Assembly (NCBI GenBank): GCA_038147395.1
Contig: JAYQTM010000001.1
Coordinates: 321,437 to 385,436 of the forward strand
Direction: 5' to 3'
Origin: Candidatus Eutrophovita brisbanensis
GTDB taxonomy: Bacteria; Pseudomonadota; Gammaproteobacteria; Burkholderiales; Eutrophovitaceae
DNA: 64,000 nucleotides
Notes under the pieces: model-generated
Seen by the model: only the letters and a program-made list of their open reading frames with translations
Databases searched by the model: none
Told to the model about the DNA's origin: nothing
Shown: positions 21,406-30,948 of the stretch, piece after piece
Layout: each line of letters opens with the position of its first letter
How positions within the stretch are numbered: the stretch's first letter is position 1
Program-made: the position numbers and the translations under genes

Positions 21406-22824
21406 GTGGCCGTGGCTGATGAAGATCTTAATTTTTTACCTGCTCACGAGATGGTGGAATTGGTGTCATCTCGCAAATTATCCGCCACAGAGCTGCTTGA
21501 AATCCACCTTGCTCGTATTGAACAGGTGAATTCCAAGATCAATGCGATAGTAACGTTAGATGTTGACCGCGCACGAGAAAGTTCCAGATCGATTGACTCG
21601 CGCATTGCGCGAGGCGAGCCTGTGAGACCTCTTGAGGGTCTACCTATTGCGCACAAAGACCTCACACTGACCAAGGGCCTGACGACTACTTTCGGTTCCA
21701 CACTTTTCGAAAATTTTGTGCCGGATCAAGACGCATTAATTGTGACGCGATTAAAAGATGCGGGCGCCGTGACTATTGGCAAAACAAATACACCTGAGTT
21801 CGGCGCTGGCAGTCAAACCTTCAATAACGTGTTTGGTGCGACGGTGAACCCGTATGACTGTTCGCTGACATGTGGTGGTTCTAGCGGTGGCGCGGCGGCA
21901 GCCCTAGCGAGCGGGATGATTCCGTTAGCTGATGGCTCGGATTTAGGCGGGTCACTTAGAAACCCAGCCGCATTTTGTAATGTTGTCGGTTTGAGGCCGT
22001 CGACTGGTCGAGTCCCGGCCTGGCCAACGACCTCAGCTTGGTTTCCCCTCTCGGTGCTCGGCCCCATGGGGAGGACGGTTCAGGACATCGCATTGATGAT
22101 GTCGGTGATCTCGGGTTTTGATGATCGTTGTCCAATTTCGATATCTGAGCCAGGTTCAATTTTTTGCGAGCAACTTGACCGGGACTTCAAAGGTGTTCGG
22201 GTCGCCTGGAGCTCGACCCTAGGCGGCTTGCCGGTTGATAAACAAGTCACGGACGTTTTGGCGAATGCCAGGCGTTATTTAGAGGAGCTTGGTTGTATTG
22301 TCGACGAGGTAGACCCAGATCTTAGTGGTGCTGATGAGATTTTCCTTACGCTTCGTGCTTGGCACATGGAGACGACTTTGGGTGAGCTGCTAAAGAGACA
22401 TCCATCAAGCTTCAAGGACACCTTAGCTTGGAATATTGGGGAAGGTTTGAAATTATCCGGTCCTGATCTTGGCCAGGCCGAGCGGTTGAGAACCTCTTTG
22501 TTCGAGCGGCTAAATCGCTTTATGCAAACGTATGAGTTTATAATTTGCCCCGTGACGCAAGTGTTACCGTTTGACGTAACGCAACCGTTTGTAAGAGAGA
22601 TCAACGGCATACAACTTGAGAATTATTTGGAATGGATGAAATCTTGCTTCCAGATTAGTGTCACGGGTCATCCGGCTTTATCAGTCCCTGCTGGATTTTC
22701 GCCTACAGGGTTGCCAGTTGGTATGCAAATTGTTGGTAGATATAGGGATGATTTTGGTGTCATGCAGCTGGGCCACGCTTACGAGCAAGCCACAGAGTTT
22801 TGGAAAAATCGTCCTGATTTGTAA
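21406..22824 (+). CDS. Amidase-signature family amidase
   Basis: 472 aa. AS signature GGSSGGAAAALASGMIPLADGSDLGGSLRNPAAFCNVVGLRPSTGRVP. No signal peptide. Confidence 0.85.
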   Translation: MAVADEDLNFLPAHEMVELVSSRKLSATELLEIHLARIEQVNSKINAIVTLDVDRARESSRSIDSRIARGEPVRPLEGLPIAHKDLTLTKGLTTTFGSTLFENFVPDQDALIVTRLKDAGAVTIGKTNTPEFGAGSQTFNNVFGATVNPYDCSLTCGGSSGGAAAALASGMIPLADGSDLGGSLRNPAAFCNVVGLRPSTGRVPAWPTTSAWFPLSVLGPMGRTVQDIALMMSVISGFDDRCPISISEPGSIFCEQLDRDFKGVRVAWSSTLGGLPVDKQVTDVLANARRYLEELGCIVDEVDPDLSGADEIFLTLRAWHMETTLGELLKRHPSSFKDTLAWNIGEGLKLSGPDLGQAERLRTSLFERLNRFMQTYEFIICPVTQVLPFDVTQPFVREINGIQLENYLEWMKSCFQISVTGHPALSVPAGFSPTGLPVGMQIVGRYRDDFGVMQLGHAYEQATEFWKNRPDL

Positions 22825-22843
22825 TTTATCGGAGGAAATTGTT

Positions 22844-23638
22844 GTGAATGTTGGATTGGTTGATCGTGTGAAATTTGTAATCCGAGGGTTACTGGTGTTG
22901 TTCCTGGCCGCTGTTGGATTTCAAGGTGTCGCCGCTGAACGTGTATTCGTTAATGAGTTACAGGGTATCTGGTTAGAGAAAAATTACTTGGATACTTTGA
23001 AAAGCACAAAGTCACCGCATGTGGCGGGAAGTGACGCCAAACCAATGTTGATTGCGATTCGGAAAGAGGGACGAGTTTATCCTTATTTCGCGACTGATCT
23101 TAATCAGGCGACGCTGATGATTGTGTTTGATGTCGAGCCTGGTGAGGAAGAAGACACGTACAGGCTAGTGCTTGGTGAGAGAAACGCACCGACATCTGCG
23201 GAAGACATTGTTTACGTCTGGTTTAAAGGAACTAAAGATGCGGACGGACAATTCCGTACTTTAGAGATTAAAGAGCCCCTGGTCATGAAGGGTAAGTGGG
23301 CGACATTTGTGCGTGGCGGTCGAGAGTTAGGGCCTATCATCAATGAGATTGCGATCGCTGGAGAGTATCTCGATTCAGATAACAAGCAGTGGATATTTAC
23401 GAATGAGGGTGCCGCGACGTTTCCCGGAAAGAGTCCTTTTTATTACGAGGTATCCTTGACAGCTGACGGTGCGAATTGTGACTACATTGAAGCGGAGGAT
23501 TTGCAATCAGACACAGGGATAACGTATTACGGCTACAGATGGACTCAATCAAGTCAGTTATCTTTGTTTGCGGCAACGTTAGTGAACGATAAAGTTCGCT
23601 GTGAGAAAGAGCCGTTCGCAGTATTGACACCAATGTGA
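22844..23638 (+). CDS. Hypothetical secreted protein
   Basis: GTG start 7 nt after GGAGGA. N-terminal hydrophobic segment GLLVLFLAAVGFQGVAA. No motif I recognise. The longer ORF from 22658 overlaps the amidase. Confidence 0.5.
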   Translation: MNVGLVDRVKFVIRGLLVLFLAAVGFQGVAAERVFVNELQGIWLEKNYLDTLKSTKSPHVAGSDAKPMLIAIRKEGRVYPYFATDLNQATLMIVFDVEPGEEEDTYRLVLGERNAPTSAEDIVYVWFKGTKDADGQFRTLEIKEPLVMKGKWATFVRGGRELGPIINEIAIAGEYLDSDNKQWIFTNEGAATFPGKSPFYYEVSLTADGANCDYIEAEDLQSDTGITYYGYRWTQSSQLSLFAATLVNDKVRCEKEPFAVLTPM

Positions 23639-23689
23639 ATATTTACTTTGATATTTTGTAACACTTTCTTGGTTTGCTAAAGGAAACTT

Positions 23690-25138
23690 ATGGATAACTT
23701 TGACCGACAAGCCGCTCGTGGTAGGGTCGATAGTGTTCAGCAGGCCGCTGAGGAAGTTAGGGCGATATTACAAAAGCACGAGATCGTCGAGGGATTGGTG
23801 CACCGGCAAGAAATGCCGAGGCAAGATTTGGTTGAAAATCTTGTTCAGAAGCAAAACTTTATCGAGCTAAAAGATAAGCTCGATTCATTACACCCTGCTG
23901 ATATCGCGGCAATATTAGAGCAACTGCCTCTTGACGCGAGGATGGTCGTTTGGAATCTCGTCAAAGCGGACCTCGATGGGGAGATTTTGCTCGAGGTTTC
24001 CGATGCGGTCAGAGCAACCCTGATTGCAGACATGGATGCCGATGAATTGGTCGCCGCGACCGAGCAGCTAGAGGCAGATGAGATTGCTGATCTGGCCCCA
24101 GATTTGCCTGATGAGGTGATTGCCGACGTATTTCGGTCGCTGTCTACTGATGAGCGTACGCAGCTAAGGGCTGCGATGTCGTACCCAGATGATACGGTGG
24201 GTGCGCTGATGGATTTTGAAATGGTAACCGTTCGCGAAGATGTATCTCTCGATGTTGTACTGCGTTATTTGAGGCGACTCGATAGATTACCGGCAAATAC
24301 GGATAAACTTTTCGTTGTAGATCGACGAGACATACTAAAGGGAGTTTTGTCCATTGGCGACCTCATAGTTGCCTCACCTGAATCAGAGGTATCGCAAGTC
24401 ATGTCGACGGATATTGTTACGTTTAATCCAGATAGTGATGCAGAGAGTGCAGCTCATGCTTTCGAGCGTTATGACTTGGTCTCTGCGCCGGTTGTGGATG
24501 TTCATAACCGAGTGGTCGGAAGAATGACAATTACCGACATTGTCGATTACATCAGGGAAGATGCAGAGCAAGAATCCCTCGGTAAAGTCGGTCTTCGCGA
24601 TGAAGATTTATTTTCTTCCGTATGGAATAGTGCGAAAAATCGATGGTTATGGTTGGCTGTGAATTTAGGAACAGCATTTTTTGCATCACGGGTGATAGGT
24701 ATATTCGAGGATTCAATCGAGAAGCTAGTAGCGCTGGCGGCGTTAATGCCAATTGTGGCTGCTATTGCAGGTAACTCGGGTAATCAAACGGTTACTTTGA
24801 TTGTGCGTGCGCTTGCTTTTGATGAAATTACGCGCAGTAACGCTCGTAGTCTTTTATTTAAAGAAATAGGGATCGCGGTCGTTAATGGCTTATTGTGGGG
24901 ATCGATTGCTGGTCTGTTTGCTTGGATATTGTACGGAGATATGTCGCTTGGGCTCGTGATGTTGAGTGCGATGTTGTTGAACCTCATTGTTGGCGCAGCA
25001 GTTGGGATGTTGGTCCCCTTGTTTTTACAACGAATCGGGCGAGATCCAGCGATTGGATCTTCGGTGCTTCTCACGTTTAGCACAGACAGCATGGGTTTTT
25101 TTATTTTTCTCGGCCTAGCGACAGTTTTTTTGGTCTGA
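23690..25138 (+). CDS. mgtE: Magnesium transporter MgtE
   Basis: 482 aa. Acidic helical N-domain, tandem CBS region and a C-terminal 5-TM channel domain. Confidence 0.85.
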   Translation: MDNFDRQAARGRVDSVQQAAEEVRAILQKHEIVEGLVHRQEMPRQDLVENLVQKQNFIELKDKLDSLHPADIAAILEQLPLDARMVVWNLVKADLDGEILLEVSDAVRATLIADMDADELVAATEQLEADEIADLAPDLPDEVIADVFRSLSTDERTQLRAAMSYPDDTVGALMDFEMVTVREDVSLDVVLRYLRRLDRLPANTDKLFVVDRRDILKGVLSIGDLIVASPESEVSQVMSTDIVTFNPDSDAESAAHAFERYDLVSAPVVDVHNRVVGRMTITDIVDYIREDAEQESLGKVGLRDEDLFSSVWNSAKNRWLWLAVNLGTAFFASRVIGIFEDSIEKLVALAALMPIVAAIAGNSGNQTVTLIVRALAFDEITRSNARSLLFKEIGIAVVNGLLWGSIAGLFAWILYGDMSLGLVMLSAMLLNLIVGAAVGMLVPLFLQRIGRDPAIGSSVLLTFSTDSMGFFIFLGLATVFLV

Positions 25139-25196
25139 ACTTCCTCGTCGTGGAGAGGGTCTGAGGATAGTCTACTTAAAATAATAATGTGATTCC

Positions 25197-26147
25197 ATGG
25201 CGCTTCGATTCTCAGATCCTACAGTGTTACCCTCAGATATTACGCCGGAGACTGTTTTTAATAACAGACGACGATTTATATCAGCGTCTTTCGCTTCGTC
25301 ATCGTTAATCTTGCTCCCCAACGCGAGAGCGGATCAAGTAGCAAATAACTCAAAGGTATCGTTAGATTTTAAGGAAAGTGAATTTTCCACTGATGAGGAG
25401 TTGACTTCAAAACATGATGCAACGACTTATAACAATTTCTATGAATTTGGTACGGACAAAGAAGACCCCGTGAAACATGCGCACTTAATGAAAACTCAGG
25501 GCTGGCAACTAAGCGTTGAAGGGGAAGTTCATAAACCAAAAATATTTGATTTAGACGCTTTATTGCAGCTCGCACCGCTAGAGGAGCGAGTCTATCGTCT
25601 AAGGTGCGTTGAAGCATGGTCCATGGTCATTCCTTGGTTGGGTTTTCCTTTAAGTACATTATTGAAGATGGTCGAGCCTACAGGTAACGCAAAGTTCGTC
25701 GAATTTTTATCCTTACATGATCCGGAGCAGATGCCGGGACAAAATTACAACGTACTCGATTGGCCGTACATCGAGGGACTACGTATCGATGAGGCGATGA
25801 ATCCATTGACCCTTCTCACTTTAGGGATGTATGGCCATCGTTTGCCGAACCAAAACGGGGCGCCGGTCAGACTGGTTACCCCTTGGAAATATGGTTTTAA
25901 AAGTGCCAAGTCGATTGTTAAAATCAAGCTGGTTGAAAAGCAGCCGGTGAGCTCATGGAATAAAGCGAGCCCGAATGAGTACGGTTTCTACTCTAATGTA
26001 AATCCAGCGGTATCTCATCCACGATGGAGCCAAAGAAAGGAGAGACGCATTGGAGAGTTTTTCAAGAGGGATACGATGATGTTCAATGGGTACGGTGAAT
26101 GGGTGTCTGAACTTTATCGTGATATGGATCTAACTAAATATTTTTGA
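25197..26147 (+). CDS. msrP: Protein-methionine-sulfoxide reductase catalytic subunit (molybdopterin)
   Basis: 316 aa. Tat-like signal [13 protein letters not shown]. YedY-type oxidoreductase molybdopterin-binding domain. Followed by msrQ. Confidence 0.85.
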   Translation: MALRFSDPTVLPSDITPETVFNNRRRFISASFASSSLILLPNARADQVANNSKVSLDFKESEFSTDEELTSKHDATTYNNFYEFGTDKEDPVKHAHLMKTQGWQLSVEGEVHKPKIFDLDALLQLAPLEERVYRLRCVEAWSMVIPWLGFPLSTLLKMVEPTGNAKFVEFLSLHDPEQMPGQNYNVLDWPYIEGLRIDEAMNPLTLLTLGMYGHRLPNQNGAPVRLVTPWKYGFKSAKSIVKIKLVEKQPVSSWNKASPNEYGFYSNVNPAVSHPRWSQRKERRIGEFFKRDTMMFNGYGEWVSELYRDMDLTKYF

Positions 26148-26188
26148 GCTAAAAAAGTTTTCACGTTTAACCCGATGGTGAGTCTCCC

Positions 26189-26779
26189 GTGTTGAGTGCG
26201 CGAAAGATTCGCATGTTTTGCGTGGCGTTGTCCTGTTTTCCTCTTCTTTATTTGATTTTTAAAGGCGCTAACCAAGATCTCACAGCGAATCCAATTGAAT
26301 ATGTTTCTCAGTTTACTGGTTGGTGGTCTCTTACATTCTTGATCATCACATTGTCAATTACACCGGCTAGAGAGATATTTAATCAACCTCGACTATTCCC
26401 TCTTAGAAGAACTTTTGGATTGGTAACTTTTTCTTACGCTTCTCTACACATGGCGATGTGGGCATTTGTCGATCAACTGCTTGATGTCGAGGCGATCTTT
26501 CAAGATGTGACTGAGAGGCCATTTATTTATCTTGGCGTTGGGGCATATATTGGCTTGACCATATTGGCGTTGACTTCACGTTGGAGTATCAGAAGACGGA
26601 TTGGCGAACGTTCATGGGAGCGGCTCCATAGAGGGATTTATGTTGTGAGCCTCTTGGCTGTCAGTCATTTTTTTATATTAGTCAAGAGAGATACGACTGA
26701 GCCTCTTCTTTTTTGTTTGGTATTACTTGTGCTTTTAGGTTACCGAGGTATCTCAAAAATACTGAGTATGACTCGGTAA
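26189..26779 (+). CDS. msrQ: Protein-methionine-sulfoxide reductase heme-binding subunit
   Basis: 196 aa six-TM ferric-reductase-like protein with conserved His residues. GTG start. Paired with msrP. Confidence 0.8.
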   Translation: MLSARKIRMFCVALSCFPLLYLIFKGANQDLTANPIEYVSQFTGWWSLTFLIITLSITPAREIFNQPRLFPLRRTFGLVTFSYASLHMAMWAFVDQLLDVEAIFQDVTERPFIYLGVGAYIGLTILALTSRWSIRRRIGERSWERLHRGIYVVSLLAVSHFFILVKRDTTEPLLFCLVLLVLLGYRGISKILSMTR

Positions 26780-26796
26780 GCCATGAGGGTGGGAGA

Positions 26797-27573
26797 TCAT
26801 TTTTTTTCGTTGCCTAAGTTTTGTGTGGTGATATATGTCCCAAGCAAAATGCCGACAAATCCAATCAAATCGATCGGGTGAAGAGCCTCTTGCAAGAAAA
26901 TCCAAGCTAGAAAAGAAGCAACGACTGGCTCTAGAAGAACGATTGTTGAGACAGTCGTAGCGCTCAGTGTCCTTACGCTTAAATTAATTAACGTGTGACC
27001 GATCAGTTGCGGCACGATCGCGATTGATACAACGTACGTAAAAGCAATAGTTGTTAATTTAAAAGATGAACCGCGATCGAATAACAAAATGAAAATAAGC
27101 ACCCAAATAGTGCTCGCGAGATATGTTAAAAAAACATATGTCTGGAATCCAATTGCGCTGCGTAACTTACGGCCTATGATGAGATGTGCCGCAATCGATA
27201 TTGCCCCGATAATCGCGAATGCCTCCCCGAGCATTGATGATCCTTCGTCGGATGAAGTGACATGATCCGGGCCATAAAAAATAAAATAACTACTTGCTAA
27301 CGCGAGGAGTATCCCGTAACACGCTCGTCTTGATGCGGTTTCCTTTAAATAAAAGTATCCGATGAGTGTGACCCATACTGGGGTTGTTGTGACTAAGAAT
27401 GTGCTCTTCGCGACTGTCGTATGTTCAAGTGAGATGATCCAAAATATAAAGTGGCTTGCTAGAAAAAAACCGGATATGGCCACTGTAAAAAAAATCTTTT
27501 GGTCGAGGCGTTTGAATTCACTATAGATTCGCTGCCTAAAGAAAGCACCGATTAGAAGCGTAGCGATCCCCAT
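26797..27573 (-). CDS. EamA/DMT-family transporter
   Basis: Multi-TM protein with two EamA-like halves. The reading frame stays open to 27720 and encodes a further TM helix, but without an ATG, GTG or TTG (see findings). Confidence 0.7.
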   Translation of the reverse strand: MGIATLLIGAFFRQRIYSEFKRLDQKIFFTVAISGFFLASHFIFWIISLEHTTVAKSTFLVTTTPVWVTLIGYFYLKETASRRACYGILLALASSYFIFYGPDHVTSSDEGSSMLGEAFAIIGAISIAAHLIIGRKLRSAIGFQTYVFLTYLASTIWVLIFILLFDRGSSFKLTTIAFTYVVSIAIVPQLIGHTLINLSVRTLSATTVSTIVLLEPVVASFLAWIFLQEALHPIDLIGFVGILLGTYITTQNLGNEKK

Positions 27574-27715
27574 TCGGTAGAGAGCAATTACGCTGGATGT
27601 TGCACTTTCGATTTGAGCTTTTCGGACTAAGATCGCCGCTGTTGATATGCATACAACGGCGAGCAGTAAGACGGTTTTTGCGTTTGTCTTGTGAAGCCGA
27701 GGCAGAATTGTTTTA

Positions 27716-28165
27716 TTAGTTCAGTTTGTCGGGAGGTGCGGGCGCAGTTGGTAGTGCATACACATCAATGCCCTCATCCTGAAGTTCTTGAATGGCCTCG
27801 CCCGAGGCCTCTCCACGAATTGAGCGGTTTTCGGTTTCGCCGTAGTGAATTTTTCGCGCCTCCTCTGGAAACTTAGAGCCTACATCCTCAGTATTTTTTA
27901 CCACGTACTCCATAAATTTGTTGTGGAGGTCCTGAAGATTGATTCCTGCGAGGGCGGTTTCCTTGCTTTTAACGCTAGGCAGGGTATTTTTAGTCGCATT
28001 TTTGGTGCTGACATAGGGCGCTGACAATTTCTTCGATACGTCTACCGAGCCGCATGCTGGGCATGCGACCTGGTCATCTGCCAATTGTTTATCGAAGTCC
28101 TCAGGTGATGTAAACCAGCCCTCAAAGTGGTGTTCTTGATCACAGGCTAAGTTGTAAACGATCAT
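27716..28165 (-). CDS. DUF1178-family zinc-ribbon protein
   Basis: 149 aa. N-terminal MIVYNLACDQEHHFEGWF and CPACGS are characteristic of this family. Confidence 0.7.
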   Translation of the reverse strand: MIVYNLACDQEHHFEGWFTSPEDFDKQLADDQVACPACGSVDVSKKLSAPYVSTKNATKNTLPSVKSKETALAGINLQDLHNKFMEYVVKNTEDVGSKFPEEARKIHYGETENRSIRGEASGEAIQELQDEGIDVYALPTAPAPPDKLN

Positions 28166-28261
28166 GTTATGTGATGCCTATTGTGTGTTTCTAGAAATAT
28201 TCTACCGGATTAAGCCTTCAGCTTTTATGTTGGGGTATTGATGTGGATTTCAAGGCCTTTA

Positions 28262-29518
28262 TTACGTTAAGCAGCCTTTTTCGAGCGCAATAAGATCGTC
28301 CACGGTCTCTCTTGATCGGATTAGCTGACACGTGTCACGGTCGACTAACACTTCTGCGGCTCGGGGTCGAGTATTGTAGTTCGAACTCATTGTCATCCCG
28401 TAGGCTCCCACCGAGTGTATCGCGAGTACATCTCCTTCACTTGCGTCCAATGAGCGATCGGTGCCCAGAAAGTCTCCTGTTTCGCATATTGGCCCAACGA
28501 CGTCATAGGTTTGATGTGAACGAGTATCTCCCAATTCTGCTGATGATGCTTTTTCGATGCGATGATATGCGTCATATAGTGATGGGCGCGCTAAATCGTT
28601 CATTGCTGCATCAACGACAATGAAATTCTTGTGTGGCCCCTCTTTCACATATTCAACACGAGTCAGGAGCACGCCGGCATCTCCAACGATCGATCTCCCC
28701 GGTTCGATGATGATCTCCTCGTGTCGACCCCGCATCACCTCACATAGCATTGACACGAATGATTCGCGACTCGCCGGCACCTCGTCTTTGTATGATATCC
28801 CTAGCCCACCACCAAAATCGATATGTTTAACTCGAATTCCTGTTGAGGCAAGCTTGTCGGCAAGATCAATAATAATTTCTGCTGCCTCCCGCATCGGTGC
28901 GAGCTGCGTGAGCTGAGAGCCAATGTGACAATCGATACCAATAGGTTCAATGCATGGCAGGTCTTTAGCATGTTGGTAAATATCGAGGGCATTCTCAATT
29001 TCCACGCCAAATTTATTTTCTTTGAGACCAGTCGATATGTAGGGGTGCGTTTTGGCATCTACATTTGGATTAACGCGAAGACTTATCGGAGCAGTTTGGT
29101 TTAATTCTGAGGCGATAGTCGAAATTCGTTTGAGTTCTGAAACGGATTCAACATTGAAGCATTTGATACCAACCGCAAGTGCCCGCGCGATTTCCTGATG
29201 ATTTTTCCCAACACCAGAAAAGACGATTTTTTTTGGATCTCCTCCGGAAATGAGGACGCGTTCGAGCTCACCCCCAGAGACAATGTCAAACCCACTCCCA
29301 AGTTTTGCCAGTAATTGAATGACAGACAAATTTGAGTTTGCTTTGACGGCATAGCAGACCAAATGATCGAAGCGGTCGAATGTTCTATCAAAGCTCAAGA
29401 AGTTATCTTTGATTGTGTTTGCAGAGTAGACGTAGCATGGGGTGCCGAATTGCTGTGCAATATCTACTGATTTGAGATCTTCGACGTATAGATCCTTCCC
29501 CAGTCGGTGGATGGTCAT
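28262..29518 (-). CDS. lysA: Diaminopimelate decarboxylase
   Basis: 418 aa. PLP-Lys motif CYAVKANSN. Orn/DAP/Arg decarboxylase fold. Confidence 0.9.
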   Translation of the reverse strand: MTIHRLGKDLYVEDLKSVDIAQQFGTPCYVYSANTIKDNFLSFDRTFDRFDHLVCYAVKANSNLSVIQLLAKLGSGFDIVSGGELERVLISGGDPKKIVFSGVGKNHQEIARALAVGIKCFNVESVSELKRISTIASELNQTAPISLRVNPNVDAKTHPYISTGLKENKFGVEIENALDIYQHAKDLPCIEPIGIDCHIGSQLTQLAPMREAAEIIIDLADKLASTGIRVKHIDFGGGLGISYKDEVPASRESFVSMLCEVMRGRHEEIIIEPGRSIVGDAGVLLTRVEYVKEGPHKNFIVVDAAMNDLARPSLYDAYHRIEKASSAELGDTRSHQTYDVVGPICETGDFLGTDRSLDASEGDVLAIHSVGAYGMTMSSNYNTRPRAAEVLVDRDTCQLIRSRETVDDLIALEKGCLT

Positions 29519-29727
29519 TTATTAGTCTCCGATGATGTTTGAGTCGTTGCTTCGCAATTCTCCCCCTCTTTTTTCGTGCTTTGAGGGTCTTGGCAAACGT
29601 TTTGTGTCGTCGCTGTATCGCCAGTAGGGAGGTAGAGTGGTCCTGTTTGTCCGCAACCAGAGACCCCATTGATAAAGAGTGCGAGAGCAATCCCCTTCAG
29701 AGCGACTTTGTCGTAGCCTCTATCCAA
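29515..29727 (-). CDS. lptM: Small lipoprotein LptM (YifL family)
   Basis: 70 aa. Lipobox VSGC followed by the family motif CGQTGPLYLP (E. coli YifL has CGLKGPLYFP). Immediately upstream of lysA. Confidence 0.7.
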   Translation of the reverse strand: MDRGYDKVALKGIALALFINGVSGCGQTGPLYLPTGDTATTQNVCQDPQSTKKEGENCEATTQTSSETNK

Positions 29728-30401
29728 TCTTTAACCTCGTCTATGAGCTGGTTTGGATCTTTGCTCGTTGTCGGTATGGGTGGCCCAACCACGACTGAGA
29801 TCATCCCAGGCTTTTTTAGGAACGCATTTTTCGGCCATACCTTACCAGCATTATGAGCGATTGGCACTATGGGAACGTTTAATTTTCGAGCGAGCCATGC
29901 CCCTCCAATTTGGTAATCACCGGTTTCGTCAGGAGCGACGCGAGTGCCCTCAGGAAATATGACGATATACCATCCATCGCGTATTCTATTGTTTCCTTGT
30001 TCGAGCATTTTTTTTAATGCGCGTGGACCGTTGCGCCGGTCAATCGCAATCGGGTTCATCATCGCAAGACCCCACCCAAAGAATGGAATCCACAGAAGAC
30101 TTTTTTTCAGTACCCACACCTGAGGGGGGAGAAGGACTTGGAAAGCCACAGTCTCCCAAGCTGATTGATGCTTCGACATAATCACGCAAGGCGTTTTTGG
30201 CAGATTCTCGAGACCGTCGACCTCATATCTGATGCCAACGATTAATCTCGCGGTAATCGTAACGAGTTTGGACCACGTGGTGATGATTCGATAACGACCT
30301 CGTGCACTTAACGGCGCTGTGAGCGGCGCTATTGTCGCGAAAATCACGGTCAGGGTGATTCTCAAAACCTCAAAGAGGACACATCGGATGATAGAGATCA
30401 C
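29697..30401 (-). CDS. plsC: 1-acyl-sn-glycerol-3-phosphate acyltransferase
   Basis: 234 aa. Acyltransferase motifs SKHQSAWE and FPEGTR. Confidence 0.85.
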   Translation of the reverse strand: MISIIRCVLFEVLRITLTVIFATIAPLTAPLSARGRYRIITTWSKLVTITARLIVGIRYEVDGLENLPKTPCVIMSKHQSAWETVAFQVLLPPQVWVLKKSLLWIPFFGWGLAMMNPIAIDRRNGPRALKKMLEQGNNRIRDGWYIVIFPEGTRVAPDETGDYQIGGAWLARKLNVPIVPIAHNAGKVWPKNAFLKKPGMISVVVGPPIPTTSKDPNQLIDEVKDWIEATTKSL

Positions 30402-30940
30402 GAGGCTGTCGAAACGAGATACTTTACAGCTTCATTGAGGTCGGAGAACTCTATCGTACTCGGTGGAAGTTGCGAATCCTGAGCCGTCTTTTTCCCCTTG
30501 CCCGTGTGTACCAGTATTGGTTGCGCGCCAACAGTTGAAGCCGCCTGAAGATCTCTGAGCGAATCCCCGATGAGAGGCACATCCGTTAAATCAACGTTAA
30601 ATCTTTTCGCGATCCCGAGTAACATGCCTGCCTTTGGTTTTCTGCAATCGCAATTGATTTCTGCCGGATGAGGGCAGAAGAACAGCGCATCGATTCTCCC
30701 ACCGACATGCGCTAGAGCTCGATACATCTTGTCGTTTATGGCGTTTAGAGTAGACATGTCAAACAGACCTCGTCCAACCCCCGATTGATTTGTTGCAACC
30801 ACTACGCGAAAGCCCATGTGATTGAGTCTTGCGATGGCCTCTAAACTTTGGGGAATTGGCTTCCATTCGGACGGACTTTTAATATATTGATCACTGTCTT
30901 CATTAATTACACCATCTCGATCGAGGATGACAAGCTTCAC
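30398..30940 (-). CDS. gmhB: D-glycero-D-manno-heptose 1,7-bisphosphate phosphatase
   Basis: 180 aa HAD phosphatase. Motif LDRDGVIN and a Cys-rich zinc site (CPHPAEINCDCRKP). Confidence 0.85.
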   Translation of the reverse strand: MKLVILDRDGVINEDSDQYIKSPSEWKPIPQSLEAIARLNHMGFRVVVATNQSGVGRGLFDMSTLNAINDKMYRALAHVGGRIDALFFCPHPAEINCDCRKPKAGMLLGIAKRFNVDLTDVPLIGDSLRDLQAASTVGAQPILVHTGKGKKTAQDSQLPPSTIEFSDLNEAVKYLVSTAS

Positions 30941-30948
30941 TGTTTTTC

